Below are positions 46,943-57,094 of a stretch of DNA of 64,000 bases, in pieces. The notes under the pieces were generated by a model, which ran no database searches, had not been told where the DNA came from, and saw nothing but the letters and a program-made list of their open reading frames with translations. The DNA is from a virus (lineage: Duplodnaviria > Caudoviricetes), in IMG/VR virus record IMGVR_UViG_3300044247_000057, positions 13,887 through 77,886 of that record; one strand, given 5' to 3'. Numbering within the stretch: the first letter of the stretch is position 1; every line of letters begins with the position of its first letter. The position numbers and the translations under genes are program-made.

Positions 46943-47397
46943 CCATCAACTACGAGGCGGTCACCCAACTCAGCCAGCGGCTGGAGAAGGCTGCTAACTT
47001 CGCCCCGTTCGTGGTGGAGTTCTGGCTGCACAAGATGGTTGGCCCGGCCATGGTCTCGGAGATGCGGGCGGAGGCTCCCGTCAGGAGCGGCAGGTTGCGG
47101 GACGCCATCCGCCAGATCAACGAGCCGATGAAGGTGCGGGTGGGACCCATCGGGGTGGAGTACAACCAGTTCGTCGTGGAGGGCACCAAGGCCCATGAGA
47201 TCAAGCCGAAGAACGCCTCGATGCTGGTGTTCAAGATCGGTGGCAAGACCATCTACGCGAAGTCCGTGAAGCACCCGGGAACCGCTGCCAACCCGTACAT
47301 GCAGATATCGTCGGCGAAGGTGATGAACCGGCTGCTGCCGAAGCTCGGTCAGCTGCAGATCGACGTGCTGAAGACCGGGAAGAGACCTCATGGCTAG
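46939..47397 (+). CDS. HK97 gp10-like neck protein
   Basis: APVRSGRLRDAI, FVVEGTKAHEI.PK, VKHPGT..NPYM. Confidence 0.8.
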   Translation: MTINYEAVTQLSQRLEKAANFAPFVVEFWLHKMVGPAMVSEMRAEAPVRSGRLRDAIRQINEPMKVRVGPIGVEYNQFVVEGTKAHEIKPKNASMLVFKIGGKTIYAKSVKHPGTAANPYMQISSAKVMNRLLPKLGQLQIDVLKTGKRPHG

Positions 47398-47857
47398 CTC
47401 GCCCAACAGGCGGTACCTGACCGAGTGGATCAACGACCGCCTGAACACCGAGATCATCTCCGTCATCGTGGACACCCCGGGCGGCGACTGGGACGGCGGC
47501 TGGTCCAACGACCCGAAGCAGGTGGACTCCTACTACCAGCCCTACACGGTGCTGGTTCCCCTCTCCAGCAGCGATTCAGACGGCACGCTGGCTGACTTCG
47601 GGTCGATGTGGAACCTGCCGTTTGCCCTCACCAGCTACGCCGTCTCAGCCCGTTCTCTGGAGGATCAAACAGACACCGCTCGTAGAATCGTGTCTGAGAC
47701 GGTGAGGTCAGATGTTGATCTCGGAGGGGTTGTCTGGGGCGTGATGGACGTGCGAACCAGCTCCATCGGAGGCATCGACATCAACCGAAGCGTCGAACCT
47801 TCAGAGCTCAACCAGCGGGATGTTGTGGCTATTCGGATCAGCCGTAAGGGGCGTTGA
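47390..47857 (+). CDS. Tail terminator protein
   Basis: Position just before the tail tube gene; PYTVL; beta-rich. Confidence 0.6.
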   Translation: MASSPNRRYLTEWINDRLNTEIISVIVDTPGGDWDGGWSNDPKQVDSYYQPYTVLVPLSSSDSDGTLADFGSMWNLPFALTSYAVSARSLEDQTDTARRIVSETVRSDVDLGGVVWGVMDVRTSSIGGIDINRSVEPSELNQRDVVAIRISRKGR

Positions 47858-47858
47858 G

Positions 47859-48086
47859 ATGGCAGACAAGAGCAAGAGCGCAACCACCGCTCACCGTGGC
47901 ATGGTCAGAGTCACCGCTGGAGACAGCGAGGCATGGGTGGTGCCGTCCTCGGTGAACGCCTTCGTCCGCAACGGATGGACGGCGGAGGAAGAGTCCGGGG
48001 CTGACGTGCAGGACCAGCCGTCCGCTACCGAGACCAACGCAACAAGCGAGGCGGCTGCCTCCGGTACGGAAGGAACAGACAAGTGA
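47859..48086 (+). CDS. Small virion-associated hypothetical protein
   Basis: ATG 47859; V.PSSV....RNGW motif. Confidence 0.55.
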   Translation: MADKSKSATTAHRGMVRVTAGDSEAWVVPSSVNAFVRNGWTAEEESGADVQDQPSATETNATSEAAASGTEGTDK

Positions 48087-48559
48087 CCCGCCTCATTCCG
48101 AACGAGAACACCTACATCGGGTTCGTGCCGACCATCGTCGACATCCACGCTCCGAAGACCAGCGAGCTGGCGACGGCCATCGACGTGACCAGCTACGCGC
48201 TCAGCGTGACGGCGGCCACCACCGGCAACACGGTGCCCACTCCGTCCCTGGACACCCTCTTCGAGACCAGCATCGCCGGTACGGTCTCGGGCTCGTTCAC
48301 CGCTGACTTCTACCGCGATGACGAAGAGGACCTGGCCTGGGAGACCTTCCCGCGCAAGCAGAAGGGCTATGTCGTCCTCTCCCGCTTCGGTGGCAGCGGC
48401 CCCGGGGCTGTCCCCATTGCCGCCGACACCGTCGAGGTCTGGCCGATCCTGGTGGTCTCCCGGACCATGAGTGCCGGTGGCAACAACACCGTGCTCACCT
48501 TCACCATGACCGCCGCCGTTCCGGAAGAGCCCGACGAGGAAGCCATCATCGGAGCCTGA
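48083..48559 (+). CDS. Major tail (tube) protein
   Basis: FVPTI.D..AP..SEL..A.DVT, TPSLDT.FET.I.GT, FYRDD, VEVWP. Confidence 0.85.
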   Translation: MTRLIPNENTYIGFVPTIVDIHAPKTSELATAIDVTSYALSVTAATTGNTVPTPSLDTLFETSIAGTVSGSFTADFYRDDEEDLAWETFPRKQKGYVVLSRFGGSGPGAVPIAADTVEVWPILVVSRTMSAGGNNTVLTFTMTAAVPEEPDEEAIIGA

Positions 48560-48572
48560 TAGTTCTTTCCCG

Positions 48573-48600
48573 CCCCGGTGTTCTTCTATGGGCACCGGGG
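48573..48600 (+). terminator. Hairpin after major tail gene
   Basis: CCCCGGTGTTC / GGGCACCGGGG, 11 bp including G.U; no U-tract. Confidence 0.5.
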
Positions 48601-48645
48601 TAGCACTCTGTGTAGCCTCCCTGTAGCAACTACAGATGAGGGGCT

Positions 48646-49071
48646 ATGACCGCGAAGATCGCGCTCGACAACACCACCCTGAGTGAAGATGCCCTCGGCG
48701 AAGACAAGATCTCTCTGAAGGACCAGTTCCTGAAGAAGAAGAAGAGGATCGACAAGCAGAAGATCACCTTGGACGGCAACGTCGTCGAGGTGACCATCCA
48801 GGCTCTGACCCAGCGGGTGTTCGACGACCTCGTTGCTGCCCACCCGAAGCGGCGGAACAAGGAGGAGGACGACCTCATCGGGGCCAACTCCAAGACCTTC
48901 CCTCCGGCTCTGTTCGAGGCATCGGTGCAGGACCCCAGGATGAGTCTGGAGGAGTGGACCGACATCTGGACCTCCGATGCCTGGTCCCCCGGTGAGCTCG
49001 GCCACCTGCTCAACATCGTGCTCGGAACGACCTCCCGTGGGTTCGACGTCCCTTTTGGCGGGCGCGGCTAA
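48646..49071 (+). CDS. Tail assembly chaperone G
   Basis: Between tail tube and tape measure; FDDLVAAHP; ends at the slippery site (DVPF). Confidence 0.85.
   Translation: MTAKIALDNTTLSEDALGEDKISLKDQFLKKKKRIDKQKITLDGNVVEVTIQALTQRVFDDLVAAHPKRRNKEEDDLIGANSKTFPPALFEASVQDPRMSLEEWTDIWTSDAWSPGELGHLLNIVLGTTSRGFDVPFGGRG
49050..49056 (+). other. -1 programmed frameshift C CCT TTT giving chaperone GT (48646-49442)
   Basis: In-frame heptamer; the -1 frame continues WRARLRQDAKFALEMSWCAEKGL... to TGA at 49442. Confidence 0.85.
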
Positions 49072-49428
49072 GGCAGGACGCCAAGTTCGCCCTGGAGATG
49101 TCCTGGTGCGCCGAGAAGGGACTCCCCCACTCGGCCCTCCTGGACTGGGAGGTCGAGGACCGCGCCAAGCTCCACGCCTACCTGATCGAGGAGTCAGACC
49201 GGTGTGGTCTGTGCGGCACGATGGGCTGGGAATGGACCGAAAACCGCTTCGCGTATACCCCCGTGGAGAAGACATGTCCAGGCTGCTACGCCCGCCACGT
49301 GGCTGGTGAGGAGACAGGACGCCTTCCAGGGACGACAATCATTCTGGTGCCGTCGTCAGCGGCCTTCCTAGAGAAGCAGCGCCAGGGGTACGAGAAGGCC
49401 ATCCGGGAGCGGAAGAAGGCGGCACAGA

Positions 49429-52400
49429 ATGGCTCAGGCTGATGACTACACCGTCACGCTTGACGCCAATACCAAACCGTACGAACAGAACATGGGCTCG
49501 GCGGTATCCGCCACCCAGGGCCTCACTGCAGCACTAGCCGCCGCTGGCGAGCAGATGAACTCGCTGTGGAAGCGAGCCGACCGCAAGCTCACTTTCATCA
49601 CCGCCGCCAATGTCGCCTCGCTGACCGCAGCAGGACTGGCCGCTGCCCGGCTGGACCAGCAGATGGAGCAGCTGCAGGCCCGGACGGTGATGGTGGACCA
49701 GAAGACCAACGCCTACAACAGCACGGTCGCCACCCTGCGCAAGACCCTGGGGATGACCGGGGCGGACGCCATCTCTCTGGTGACCAACCTGAACCGGCTG
49801 AACGTCCCCTTCACCAAGCAGCAAGAGACAGCCAAGTCCTACGCCCAGCTAGCAGCGGTGACGGGTGAGAACATCAACGGTCTGGCCCAGAGCCAGCAGC
49901 AGTTCATCCGGACCATGGGCACCGGTCAGGGGGCCGTCCAGCGGTACTCCTCGATGGTCGCCAACCTGTCCCAGAACTACGGAGCCGGGGCCCAGTCCAC
50001 CCTCGATTTCGCCAACAGCATCGCTCCCCTGTCCAAGACCATGGGGATGAGCGCCCAGCAGATCACCGGCATCTCGGCAGCCTTCTCCAAGGCGGGTGCC
50101 GATGGTGGGGCAGCGGCGAACGTCTATACCAAGGTCCTGAGCGACATCAACCGCTCGATCCAGTACGGGTCACCGGAGCTGGAGGCCTACTCCGACATCC
50201 TCGGAGTGACCGTCGACCAGTTCAAGGCGATGCCCAAGGCCGAGGTCATCACCGGCATCTTCAAGGAGCTGAACGCCCAGGGGCCCCAGGGCATCAAGAC
50301 CCTGGAGCGGCTGGGCCTGGAGGGAGTCCGGTCCCAGAAGGCCATCCAGGCAGTGGTCACCCAGGGTGGTCTGGGCGAAGGGATCCGGGCAGCGGACAAG
50401 GGGTGGGCCGACCCAGGCAAGTTCGGCAGGGCCGCCGACGAGGCCATGTCCGGCTTCTTCGACACCATGTCCAAGGCCGGGCAGGGCATGCAGGTCTTCG
50501 CCCAAGGGGTCGGATCGGTCTTCGTCCCGGCCATGGAGAAGGTCGCCAACGTCATCAACCCGGTGGCCCAGACCCTGGCCACCCTGGGCAACGCCGTCTC
50601 CAACATGCCGGACCTGGCCAAGTGGGCAGGGGCCGCTGTGCTGGGGCTCGGTGCCCTGGTGCCGATGCTGCCCAAGATCCTCTCGATCCTGACCGCCACC
50701 TCACTCATCCCGGCCATCGGCAAGGGCTCTCTCGGCCAAGGCTTCCTGCTTGGTCGCAGTCCCAACCGTCAGATGTCGGAGGCCCAGAAGACCTTCGCCG
50801 CTGGTGGTGGCAACGCCGTCTACCGCAAGATGTTCTCTGCCGCCATGTACGCGGGCGACATGTTCAACCCGGTGGGGGCCAGGGGCCGTCTGGATGACGT
50901 CGAGTTCACCAAGCCTGGCCCGGAGGGTGGGAAGGCCAACGTCACTTCCGGCTGGGCCCGTGGCGCTGACTGGCTGGCCGGACGAGGCATCCTGCCACCC
51001 GACTACGCCGAGCAGATGGCGAAGGCACAGAAGGGCGTTTCGGGAGGTATTCGCAAGGGTGCCATCGGCGGCATCAACATCCTGGGCGGGCTGGTCACCG
51101 AGAACCTGCGGCCCTGGACCGGTGGGTACCTGGAAGACTCCGCCAAGGCCTCCCAGAGGAGCCCGAACGCCCTCACCCAGGCGTCCCGGTTCCGGGACAC
51201 AGATGTCGGTCAGAGTGTCGTAGGAGCGGTCAACAGGCTGGGGTTCGGCACTTCCCGTGAGGGTGTGGCCATGAACATGGAGGCCACGAAGGCAGCCGCT
51301 GCCGGAGCCAGCAAGAACTTCCGGGAACTCGGCAAGACCTTGAACCTCCTGGGTACCAACGGCAAGTCCTCCAGCACTGTGATGGGGCAGCTGGCCCGGT
51401 CACTGGGCCAGGTGGCCGTGATGGGGGCCAAAGCCGGTGCGGGCATGGTCGGAGGGACCGCTCTCGGTCTGGCGGGTGCGCCGTTCAGGGGCGGCAAGGA
51501 GTCCCTGGCGTACAAGGCCGGTGCGGGCGCGCTGGGCCTGGTGGGTGGTCCGGCTGGGCTGGCTCTGATGGGTGGGACGGCAGCCATCGGTCTCGGCGTC
51601 AACGCCTGGGCGGACTCCAGGGCGACCCGTAAGCAGGCCTTCGTCCAGGAGCAGGGGGTCGACAACGCCCCCGGTGCCACCTACCGCGAGGCCCTGGGAG
51701 AGGCGTCCAAGGCCACCCGGACCTTCGCCAAGGCGATGGAGGACGCCGGGATCGGCACCGTGAAGGCCGTCACCGGCATGAACGATGCCCTCACCATCAC
51801 GGCGGAGCAGGCCAAGACCGCCTATGGCCGGATGGACCTGATCGAGGACCAGTACGTCAAGAGCGCCTCTAAAGCTGATGTCGAGAGGTACGCGACAGCC
51901 ACCCTGTCCACCGCCTCCCCAGAGGTGGCCAACAAGCTGAAGATGGACGTCGCGGCTCGGTTCGGCCAGACCGAGGGCAACCAGCTGCTGAAAACTGCCT
52001 ATCAAAACCGTGGGCAGATGCAGAACCTGTTCGGCGCGTACGACCAGGTGAACGCCGGAGGTGACTGGTACAACAGCGGCGTCGTGCACGAGTCTCTCTT
52101 CCTGAGCGACAAGAACAAGGCCACCTCCGAGATGATCAAGGGTGCGCTGGGGTCCAACATCGCCCGGGCAGCGGAGACCGGTGGAGCGGAGGAGGCAGGA
52201 CGGGTCCAGCAGGCCCAGCTCGCAGGCTACGGAGCAGAGGACCTGAGGGCGCGCAGGTCCGGCACCGACCATGCCCCGGTGCGGAGACAGCGTCGGGACA
52301 ACATCCTCAGCTCCTTCGGTGTGACCGAGGACGACAAAGCCAGCCGGGAAGCTCTGGACCGGGTGATGGAAGGCGTCGAGCAGCGGTCCCGGGGTGTCAC

Positions 52401-55400
52401 CGACCCCAAGGAGCTGGAGAAGATCTTCGCCGAGGGGATCCACAAAGGGCTGGCCAACACCACTCTCGGCTACCAGATCTCCGAGGCGGAGAAGCAGGGC
52501 GGCGTCGTCTCCTCCGCCAACTACCAGATGAAGGGCAACGCCGACCTCGGCAACTTGGCCAACTTCGGGTCCCAGATGGTGATCGACCGGCTGCGCACGA
52601 CCGAGGCAGGAAGGGTCGCTACCAACCAGGACCCGAACGGCCAGCGGTGGAACGCCCGGGAGAACTTCAACGCGGCCCTGGGTGGAGAAGCCAACGAGGA
52701 CATGCAGGTTGCCGCCGATGTCTCCATGGCCCAGCAGCTGATCGCGGACGCGGGTGGGGACTTCACCAAGGCCGCTGGCCAGGTGCAGCTGATGGGCAAC
52801 GCCTCGGGTGCCGCCACCGACAAGATCAACCAGCACACCAACGCCATCGAGGCCATGATCATGGCCGAGCGGCAGTATGCCAACGTCATGGGTGGCAAGA
52901 CCACCCTGAACGATCAGATGCTCACTGGTGCCAAGGACTTCGGCAACCAGATGCAGACGTTCGCCGCTGCCCCGAACGCACCGGACAACAAAAAGAACCT
53001 GAAGGCCGCTGTCGACGCGAACATGGCCCTGCGGATGCAGGGGCAGGAGGAGGCCCAGCAGCTGGCCGACCAGTTCGTGAACGTGCAGTGGCAGCGGGAG
53101 CAGGGTGAGGTCCAGCTGGCCCGCACCCGGTCCCGGATGCTGCGTGACTTCAACCAGCAGCAGGCCTGGGGGGAAGAGGACTTCGCCCGGCAGCGTGAGA
53201 TCAACCTGCGCAACTTCAACCTGCAGCGCAAGCGGGCGCAGGAGGACTTCGACCTGCAGCGGTCCTACTCCATCGAGGACTTCGAGCGGTCCCGGAGGGA
53301 GGAGGAAGAGGACCACCACCGCATGGTCAAGCGGAACATCGAAGAGCAAGCCAAGACGATGTACAACGCCTACCAGCGGGTCACCGTCCAACGCACCTGG
53401 AGCTCCGGTTCGCTGCTGCAGAACATGGAGGACCAGCAGAAGCGGATGATCGAGCAGCAGGAGAACCTGGCGGAGGCCCGGAAGAAGGGTCTGAGCGACC
53501 AGGCGATCTCCCAGCTCGGTCTGAACGAGGCTGCCAACGCCCAGCAGCTGGAACGGCTGATGCCGGACCTGAACGACCCCAAGGTCGTGGCTCAGTACAA
53601 CAAGGCGGTCAAGAGCCGGATCAAGGAGACCGGGAAGCTGGTCCAGGACGAGTCGAACCTCTCCTACCAGCAGCAGGAGGAGGACCGCGAGCGCAACCTG
53701 AAGCGCAGCGACTCCGCCTTCTACCGTGGCCTGGACCGCTCCAGCAAGGCCTTCGTCAAATCCATGAAGCGTCAGAAGACCGACATGGAGACGATGAACG
53801 ACGACCAGATCGAGCAGTTCGACATCAACCGTGCCCGTCAGCGCAAGCAGATGGAGCAGGGCTGGAAGGACATGAAGGCTGACTTCGACTTCCAGATGGA
53901 ACTGCAGATCGACAACATCAACCACTACGCGGAGAAGACTGCTCGCTCGTGGGAGGAGAACCGCAAGATCATCGCGGAGAACACCTCCGGGCTGACCAAG
54001 GAGCAGACCACCGCTACCGGCAAGCTGATGGACAAGCTGGATGAGCAGATCGTCGCGGGCAACGAGGCCATCGCCGGTCACATCTACGCGGTCTACAACG
54101 AGTGGGGACTGACTCCGAGCAAGAAGAACGTCAACTCCACCCAGGCCGGGGCCCACGGTCCTGGTGGCTCACACGCAGCGACCGGTGGGTCCGAAGACGT
54201 GCACTCCGACCACGCTGCTGTCTATGCCGGTGGCTGGGGCGGTCCCACCGTCGCCAACCCCGGCAGCATGAGCACGGGCAGCTACACCGGTAACGACGCC
54301 TCTGCCGGTCGCGGCTACCCCACCACCTCCCACGCACAGAGCGCCAAGTACGGCGACTACAACGGCAAGTGGTCCGGGTCCAACTCCCTCGGCAGGGGCT
54401 ACCACTCCGGCACCGACTTCCCGAACCCATCCGGCACCAACATCTACGCCGCCGCCGATGGCACCGTGGCCTTCCGGGGCTGGAACAGCGCCTACGGCAA
54501 CTTCACCAAGATCGACCACGGCAACAACCTGCAGACCTGGTACGCCCACCAGAGCGCCCAGAACGTGTCCACCGGGGACAAGGTCAAGAAGGGCGAGCAC
54601 ATCGGTGATGTGGGCCAGACCGGCAACGCGACTGGTCCCCACCTGCACTTCGAGGTCCGGGTCAAGGGCATGGACAAGGACCCGATGAAGTGGCTGAAGG
54701 GAGCCTCCACCACAGGAGGCAGTGGCACCCCGTCCACGCCACTGCCCGATTTCGCCAAGGCCAAGCCGTTCGTGGACTACGAGAAGCTGCTGGCCTCGAT
54801 GGACTTCATGAACAAGGACTGGGTCAAGTACCGCAACAGCTTCTTCTTCCGTCAGCACGCGCTGGCCGAGGCGGTCCAGAAGGACTTCGACAAGAAGCTG
54901 GCCGAGAAGCAGGCAGCAGATGCGGCAGCCGGTGCCGGGACCGCAGGCGGGGTGGACTCCGGTGGCAAGGGTGGAGCCCGGGGAATCTGGAACGCACTGC
55001 GGACCGGTGGTCTGAGCGAGAAGCAGGCCGCTGGCGTGATGGGCAACATGTGGTCGGAGTCGAACCTGATTTGGAACATCGTCCAGGGCGGCAAGAGGTC
55101 CTCCAGCACCAGCCACAGCCAGGGCTACGGCCTGGTGCAGTGGACCCCCGGCACCAAGCTCGGGGAGATCCTGAAGAAGGCGGGCAGGAAGAACAACCTG
55201 GAGAACCAGGTCTGGGCGCTGATCCAGCAGCTCAACGGCAAGGGACCCCATGCCGAGTCCGCCGCAGGCAAGGACCTGAAGAAGCAGACCACGGTGCTGG
55301 GGGCCACCGCGTCCTTCCTGAAGAAGTACGAGCGGGCCGCCGACACCTCCGACTCCAACGCCAAGCGGCGCAACAAGAAGTCCGAGGAGTACTACAAGCT

Positions 55401-56181
55401 GTTCAAGGGCGACGCCCTGCCCAGCAACGAGTTCGGCAGTTCAGAGGGCAGCAGTGCCGGGTCCGGCCCCAGCAAGGGCGGCAAGAAGATGGTGCACTGG
55501 CACAACGGTGAGTTCACCGAGAAGTTCGCCAACACCCTGAAGAAGGCCCAGCAGCACTTCACCAAGACGATCTCGGTGTTCCAGGGTGGCTGGCGTCCTC
55601 GCACCCAGGCCTCGGGCTACAGCCACGAGGCCGACGCCATCGACGCAGGCCCCACCGGATCCAAGAAGGAGGCCTTCGCCCTACAGAAGGCCCTGCGCAA
55701 CGCTGGTGTTGCTGCCTGGGTCCGAGGCCACTGGGCCACCACCTCGGCGGGCACCCGGTACGACGACCACGTGCACGGCGTGCCGAAGAGTGACGACTAC
55801 GGCTACGTCAACAAGAACCGGAAGTCCTCCGGTGCCTACTGGCAGCAGAAGGACTACGCACGCGGGGGCGATGGCCTGGCCACCGGTACCCCTTCGGCCA
55901 CCCCGGGCTGGAAGCTGGTCGGTGAGCGTGGCTACGAGTTCGTGAAGCTGAAGGGTGGCGAGGAGGTCCTCAACCACACCCAGTCGAAGATGGCGGTGAT
56001 GGCGGGCAAGGCCGGTCAGGTGGTCAAGCCGGGGATCACCACCAACAACTACTCCTACGACCACAGCGTGCGGGTGGATAGCGTTCAGGTAGTCAGCAAC
56101 GACCCGAACAAGCTGCTGAAGCAGCTGGAGGCGGAGGCCAGGATGGCGGCTCTGACAGCACCCAGGAAGAGCAAGACATGA
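49429..56181 (+). CDS. Tape measure protein with M23, phage-tail-lysozyme and M15-like domains
   Basis: 2250 aa helical; 11-residue DF/NF periodicity; HSGTD..YAHQ..GPHLHFE; AAGVMGNMWSES..GYGLVQW; SHEADAID..DHVH. Confidence 0.95.
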   Translation: MAQADDYTVTLDANTKPYEQNMGSAVSATQGLTAALAAAGEQMNSLWKRADRKLTFITAANVASLTAAGLAAARLDQQMEQLQARTVMVDQKTNAYNSTVATLRKTLGMTGADAISLVTNLNRLNVPFTKQQETAKSYAQLAAVTGENINGLAQSQQQFIRTMGTGQGAVQRYSSMVANLSQNYGAGAQSTLDFANSIAPLSKTMGMSAQQITGISAAFSKAGADGGAAANVYTKVLSDINRSIQYGSPELEAYSDILGVTVDQFKAMPKAEVITGIFKELNAQGPQGIKTLERLGLEGVRSQKAIQAVVTQGGLGEGIRAADKGWADPGKFGRAADEAMSGFFDTMSKAGQGMQVFAQGVGSVFVPAMEKVANVINPVAQTLATLGNAVSNMPDLAKWAGAAVLGLGALVPMLPKILSILTATSLIPAIGKGSLGQGFLLGRSPNRQMSEAQKTFAAGGGNAVYRKMFSAAMYAGDMFNPVGARGRLDDVEFTKPGPEGGKANVTSGWARGADWLAGRGILPPDYAEQMAKAQKGVSGGIRKGAIGGINILGGLVTENLRPWTGGYLEDSAKASQRSPNALTQASRFRDTDVGQSVVGAVNRLGFGTSREGVAMNMEATKAAAAGASKNFRELGKTLNLLGTNGKSSSTVMGQLARSLGQVAVMGAKAGAGMVGGTALGLAGAPFRGGKESLAYKAGAGALGLVGGPAGLALMGGTAAIGLGVNAWADSRATRKQAFVQEQGVDNAPGATYREALGEASKATRTFAKAMEDAGIGTVKAVTGMNDALTITAEQAKTAYGRMDLIEDQYVKSASKADVERYATATLSTASPEVANKLKMDVAARFGQTEGNQLLKTAYQNRGQMQNLFGAYDQVNAGGDWYNSGVVHESLFLSDKNKATSEMIKGALGSNIARAAETGGAEEAGRVQQAQLAGYGAEDLRARRSGTDHAPVRRQRRDNILSSFGVTEDDKASREALDRVMEGVEQRSRGVTDPKELEKIFAEGIHKGLANTTLGYQISEAEKQGGVVSSANYQMKGNADLGNLANFGSQMVIDRLRTTEAGRVATNQDPNGQRWNARENFNAALGGEANEDMQVAADVSMAQQLIADAGGDFTKAAGQVQLMGNASGAATDKINQHTNAIEAMIMAERQYANVMGGKTTLNDQMLTGAKDFGNQMQTFAAAPNAPDNKKNLKAAVDANMALRMQGQEEAQQLADQFVNVQWQREQGEVQLARTRSRMLRDFNQQQAWGEEDFARQREINLRNFNLQRKRAQEDFDLQRSYSIEDFERSRREEEEDHHRMVKRNIEEQAKTMYNAYQRVTVQRTWSSGSLLQNMEDQQKRMIEQQENLAEARKKGLSDQAISQLGLNEAANAQQLERLMPDLNDPKVVAQYNKAVKSRIKETGKLVQDESNLSYQQQEEDRERNLKRSDSAFYRGLDRSSKAFVKSMKRQKTDMETMNDDQIEQFDINRARQRKQMEQGWKDMKADFDFQMELQIDNINHYAEKTARSWEENRKIIAENTSGLTKEQTTATGKLMDKLDEQIVAGNEAIAGHIYAVYNEWGLTPSKKNVNSTQAGAHGPGGSHAATGGSEDVHSDHAAVYAGGWGGPTVANPGSMSTGSYTGNDASAGRGYPTTSHAQSAKYGDYNGKWSGSNSLGRGYHSGTDFPNPSGTNIYAAADGTVAFRGWNSAYGNFTKIDHGNNLQTWYAHQSAQNVSTGDKVKKGEHIGDVGQTGNATGPHLHFEVRVKGMDKDPMKWLKGASTTGGSGTPSTPLPDFAKAKPFVDYEKLLASMDFMNKDWVKYRNSFFFRQHALAEAVQKDFDKKLAEKQAADAAAGAGTAGGVDSGGKGGARGIWNALRTGGLSEKQAAGVMGNMWSESNLIWNIVQGGKRSSSTSHSQGYGLVQWTPGTKLGEILKKAGRKNNLENQVWALIQQLNGKGPHAESAAGKDLKKQTTVLGATASFLKKYERAADTSDSNAKRRNKKSEEYYKLFKGDALPSNEFGSSEGSSAGSGPSKGGKKMVHWHNGEFTEKFANTLKKAQQHFTKTISVFQGGWRPRTQASGYSHEADAIDAGPTGSKKEAFALQKALRNAGVAAWVRGHWATTSAGTRYDDHVHGVPKSDDYGYVNKNRKSSGAYWQQKDYARGGDGLATGTPSATPGWKLVGERGYEFVKLKGGEEVLNHTQSKMAVMAGKAGQVVKPGITTNNYSYDHSVRVDSVQVVSNDPNKLLKQLEAEARMAALTAPRKSKT

Positions 56182-56660
56182 GGCTCTTCCAGCAGGGCTC
56201 GGTCAACCTGCCGTACTCCGACGAGCCGATGGACATCGACGTCGAGGTGTCCTACGCGGGCTTCTGGCACTCGGTCAACGACCATGTGAACTTCCGGACC
56301 GCCCCCGAGGGCTTCGGCACCGTCGAGCAGACCTGGCGCAGGCGTGAGGTCAACAGCGACTACTTCCAGGGCAGCTACTCCACCGGACAGGTGCGGGACA
56401 ACACCAAGCGGTCCCTCTCGATCTACGTCCGGGGACAGACCATCGCCCAGATGGTGGAGGCCCAGCAGAACCTGATCGACTGGTTCACCCAGGACGAGTA
56501 CAACGTCCGGTTCCGGACCGAGGACCTGATGGAGACCCTGGTCTGCGAGTGTGCCGACTACCGGATCGACATGGGTCACGTGCTGCTGCACAACCGGATG
56601 TCCCTGGTGGCCCTCACCTACGCGGCCCACCCCGACACGAGCCTGGAGATGGTGCTGTAG
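56178..56660 (+). CDS. Distal tail / minor tail protein
   Basis: First gene after the tape measure; ATGA-coupled. Confidence 0.65.
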   Translation: MRLFQQGSVNLPYSDEPMDIDVEVSYAGFWHSVNDHVNFRTAPEGFGTVEQTWRRREVNSDYFQGSYSTGQVRDNTKRSLSIYVRGQTIAQMVEAQQNLIDWFTQDEYNVRFRTEDLMETLVCECADYRIDMGHVLLHNRMSLVALTYAAHPDTSLEMVL

Positions 56661-57094
56661 TGGCTGGCGGGGCAACAGCGGACGGTCTGGCCTACCTGGC
56701 TGAGCTGTGGAGCGCGGGCGAGGAGCCGGTGGGCTCCTACTACATCGCCCTGATCCGCACCATCGCTCCCACCTTCGCCGCTGACGGGGAGAACCTGGAC
56801 GAGCCGGACTCAGCTGCCTACACCCGGGCCGAGCTGGTCAACGACAGCGCCAACTGGGCCGTCAACGACGGCACCGTGGCCAACGTCTACGAGATCACCT
56901 TCCCGCCCTGTGACGTGGACTGGGGCAGGATCGGCTTCTGGGCCATCTGCGACGACGAGGAGGGTGGACGGGTGTTCTTCGTCGGGCAGCTGGAGGAGCC
57001 GATCTTCGTCTCTGCCACTGGCACCGTGGTGCTCTCCCCCGGAGCGGTCGGGGTCGAGATGACCGGCACCCAGTGGCTGATGTTGACGGTCTAG
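56660..57094 (+). CDS. Minor tail protein (paralogue of 60167-60538)
   Basis: YIAL...E....AYTR...W...N..EITFP....WG.I..WAICD...G; GTG start 56660. Confidence 0.7.
   Translation: MAGGATADGLAYLAELWSAGEEPVGSYYIALIRTIAPTFAADGENLDEPDSAAYTRAELVNDSANWAVNDGTVANVYEITFPPCDVDWGRIGFWAICDDEEGGRVFFVGQLEEPIFVSATGTVVLSPGAVGVEMTGTQWLMLTV

Noticed and set aside
49050-49056. Tail chaperone frameshift as a novelty
   Set aside because: It is the well-known G/GT arrangement, so it is listed as a feature only.
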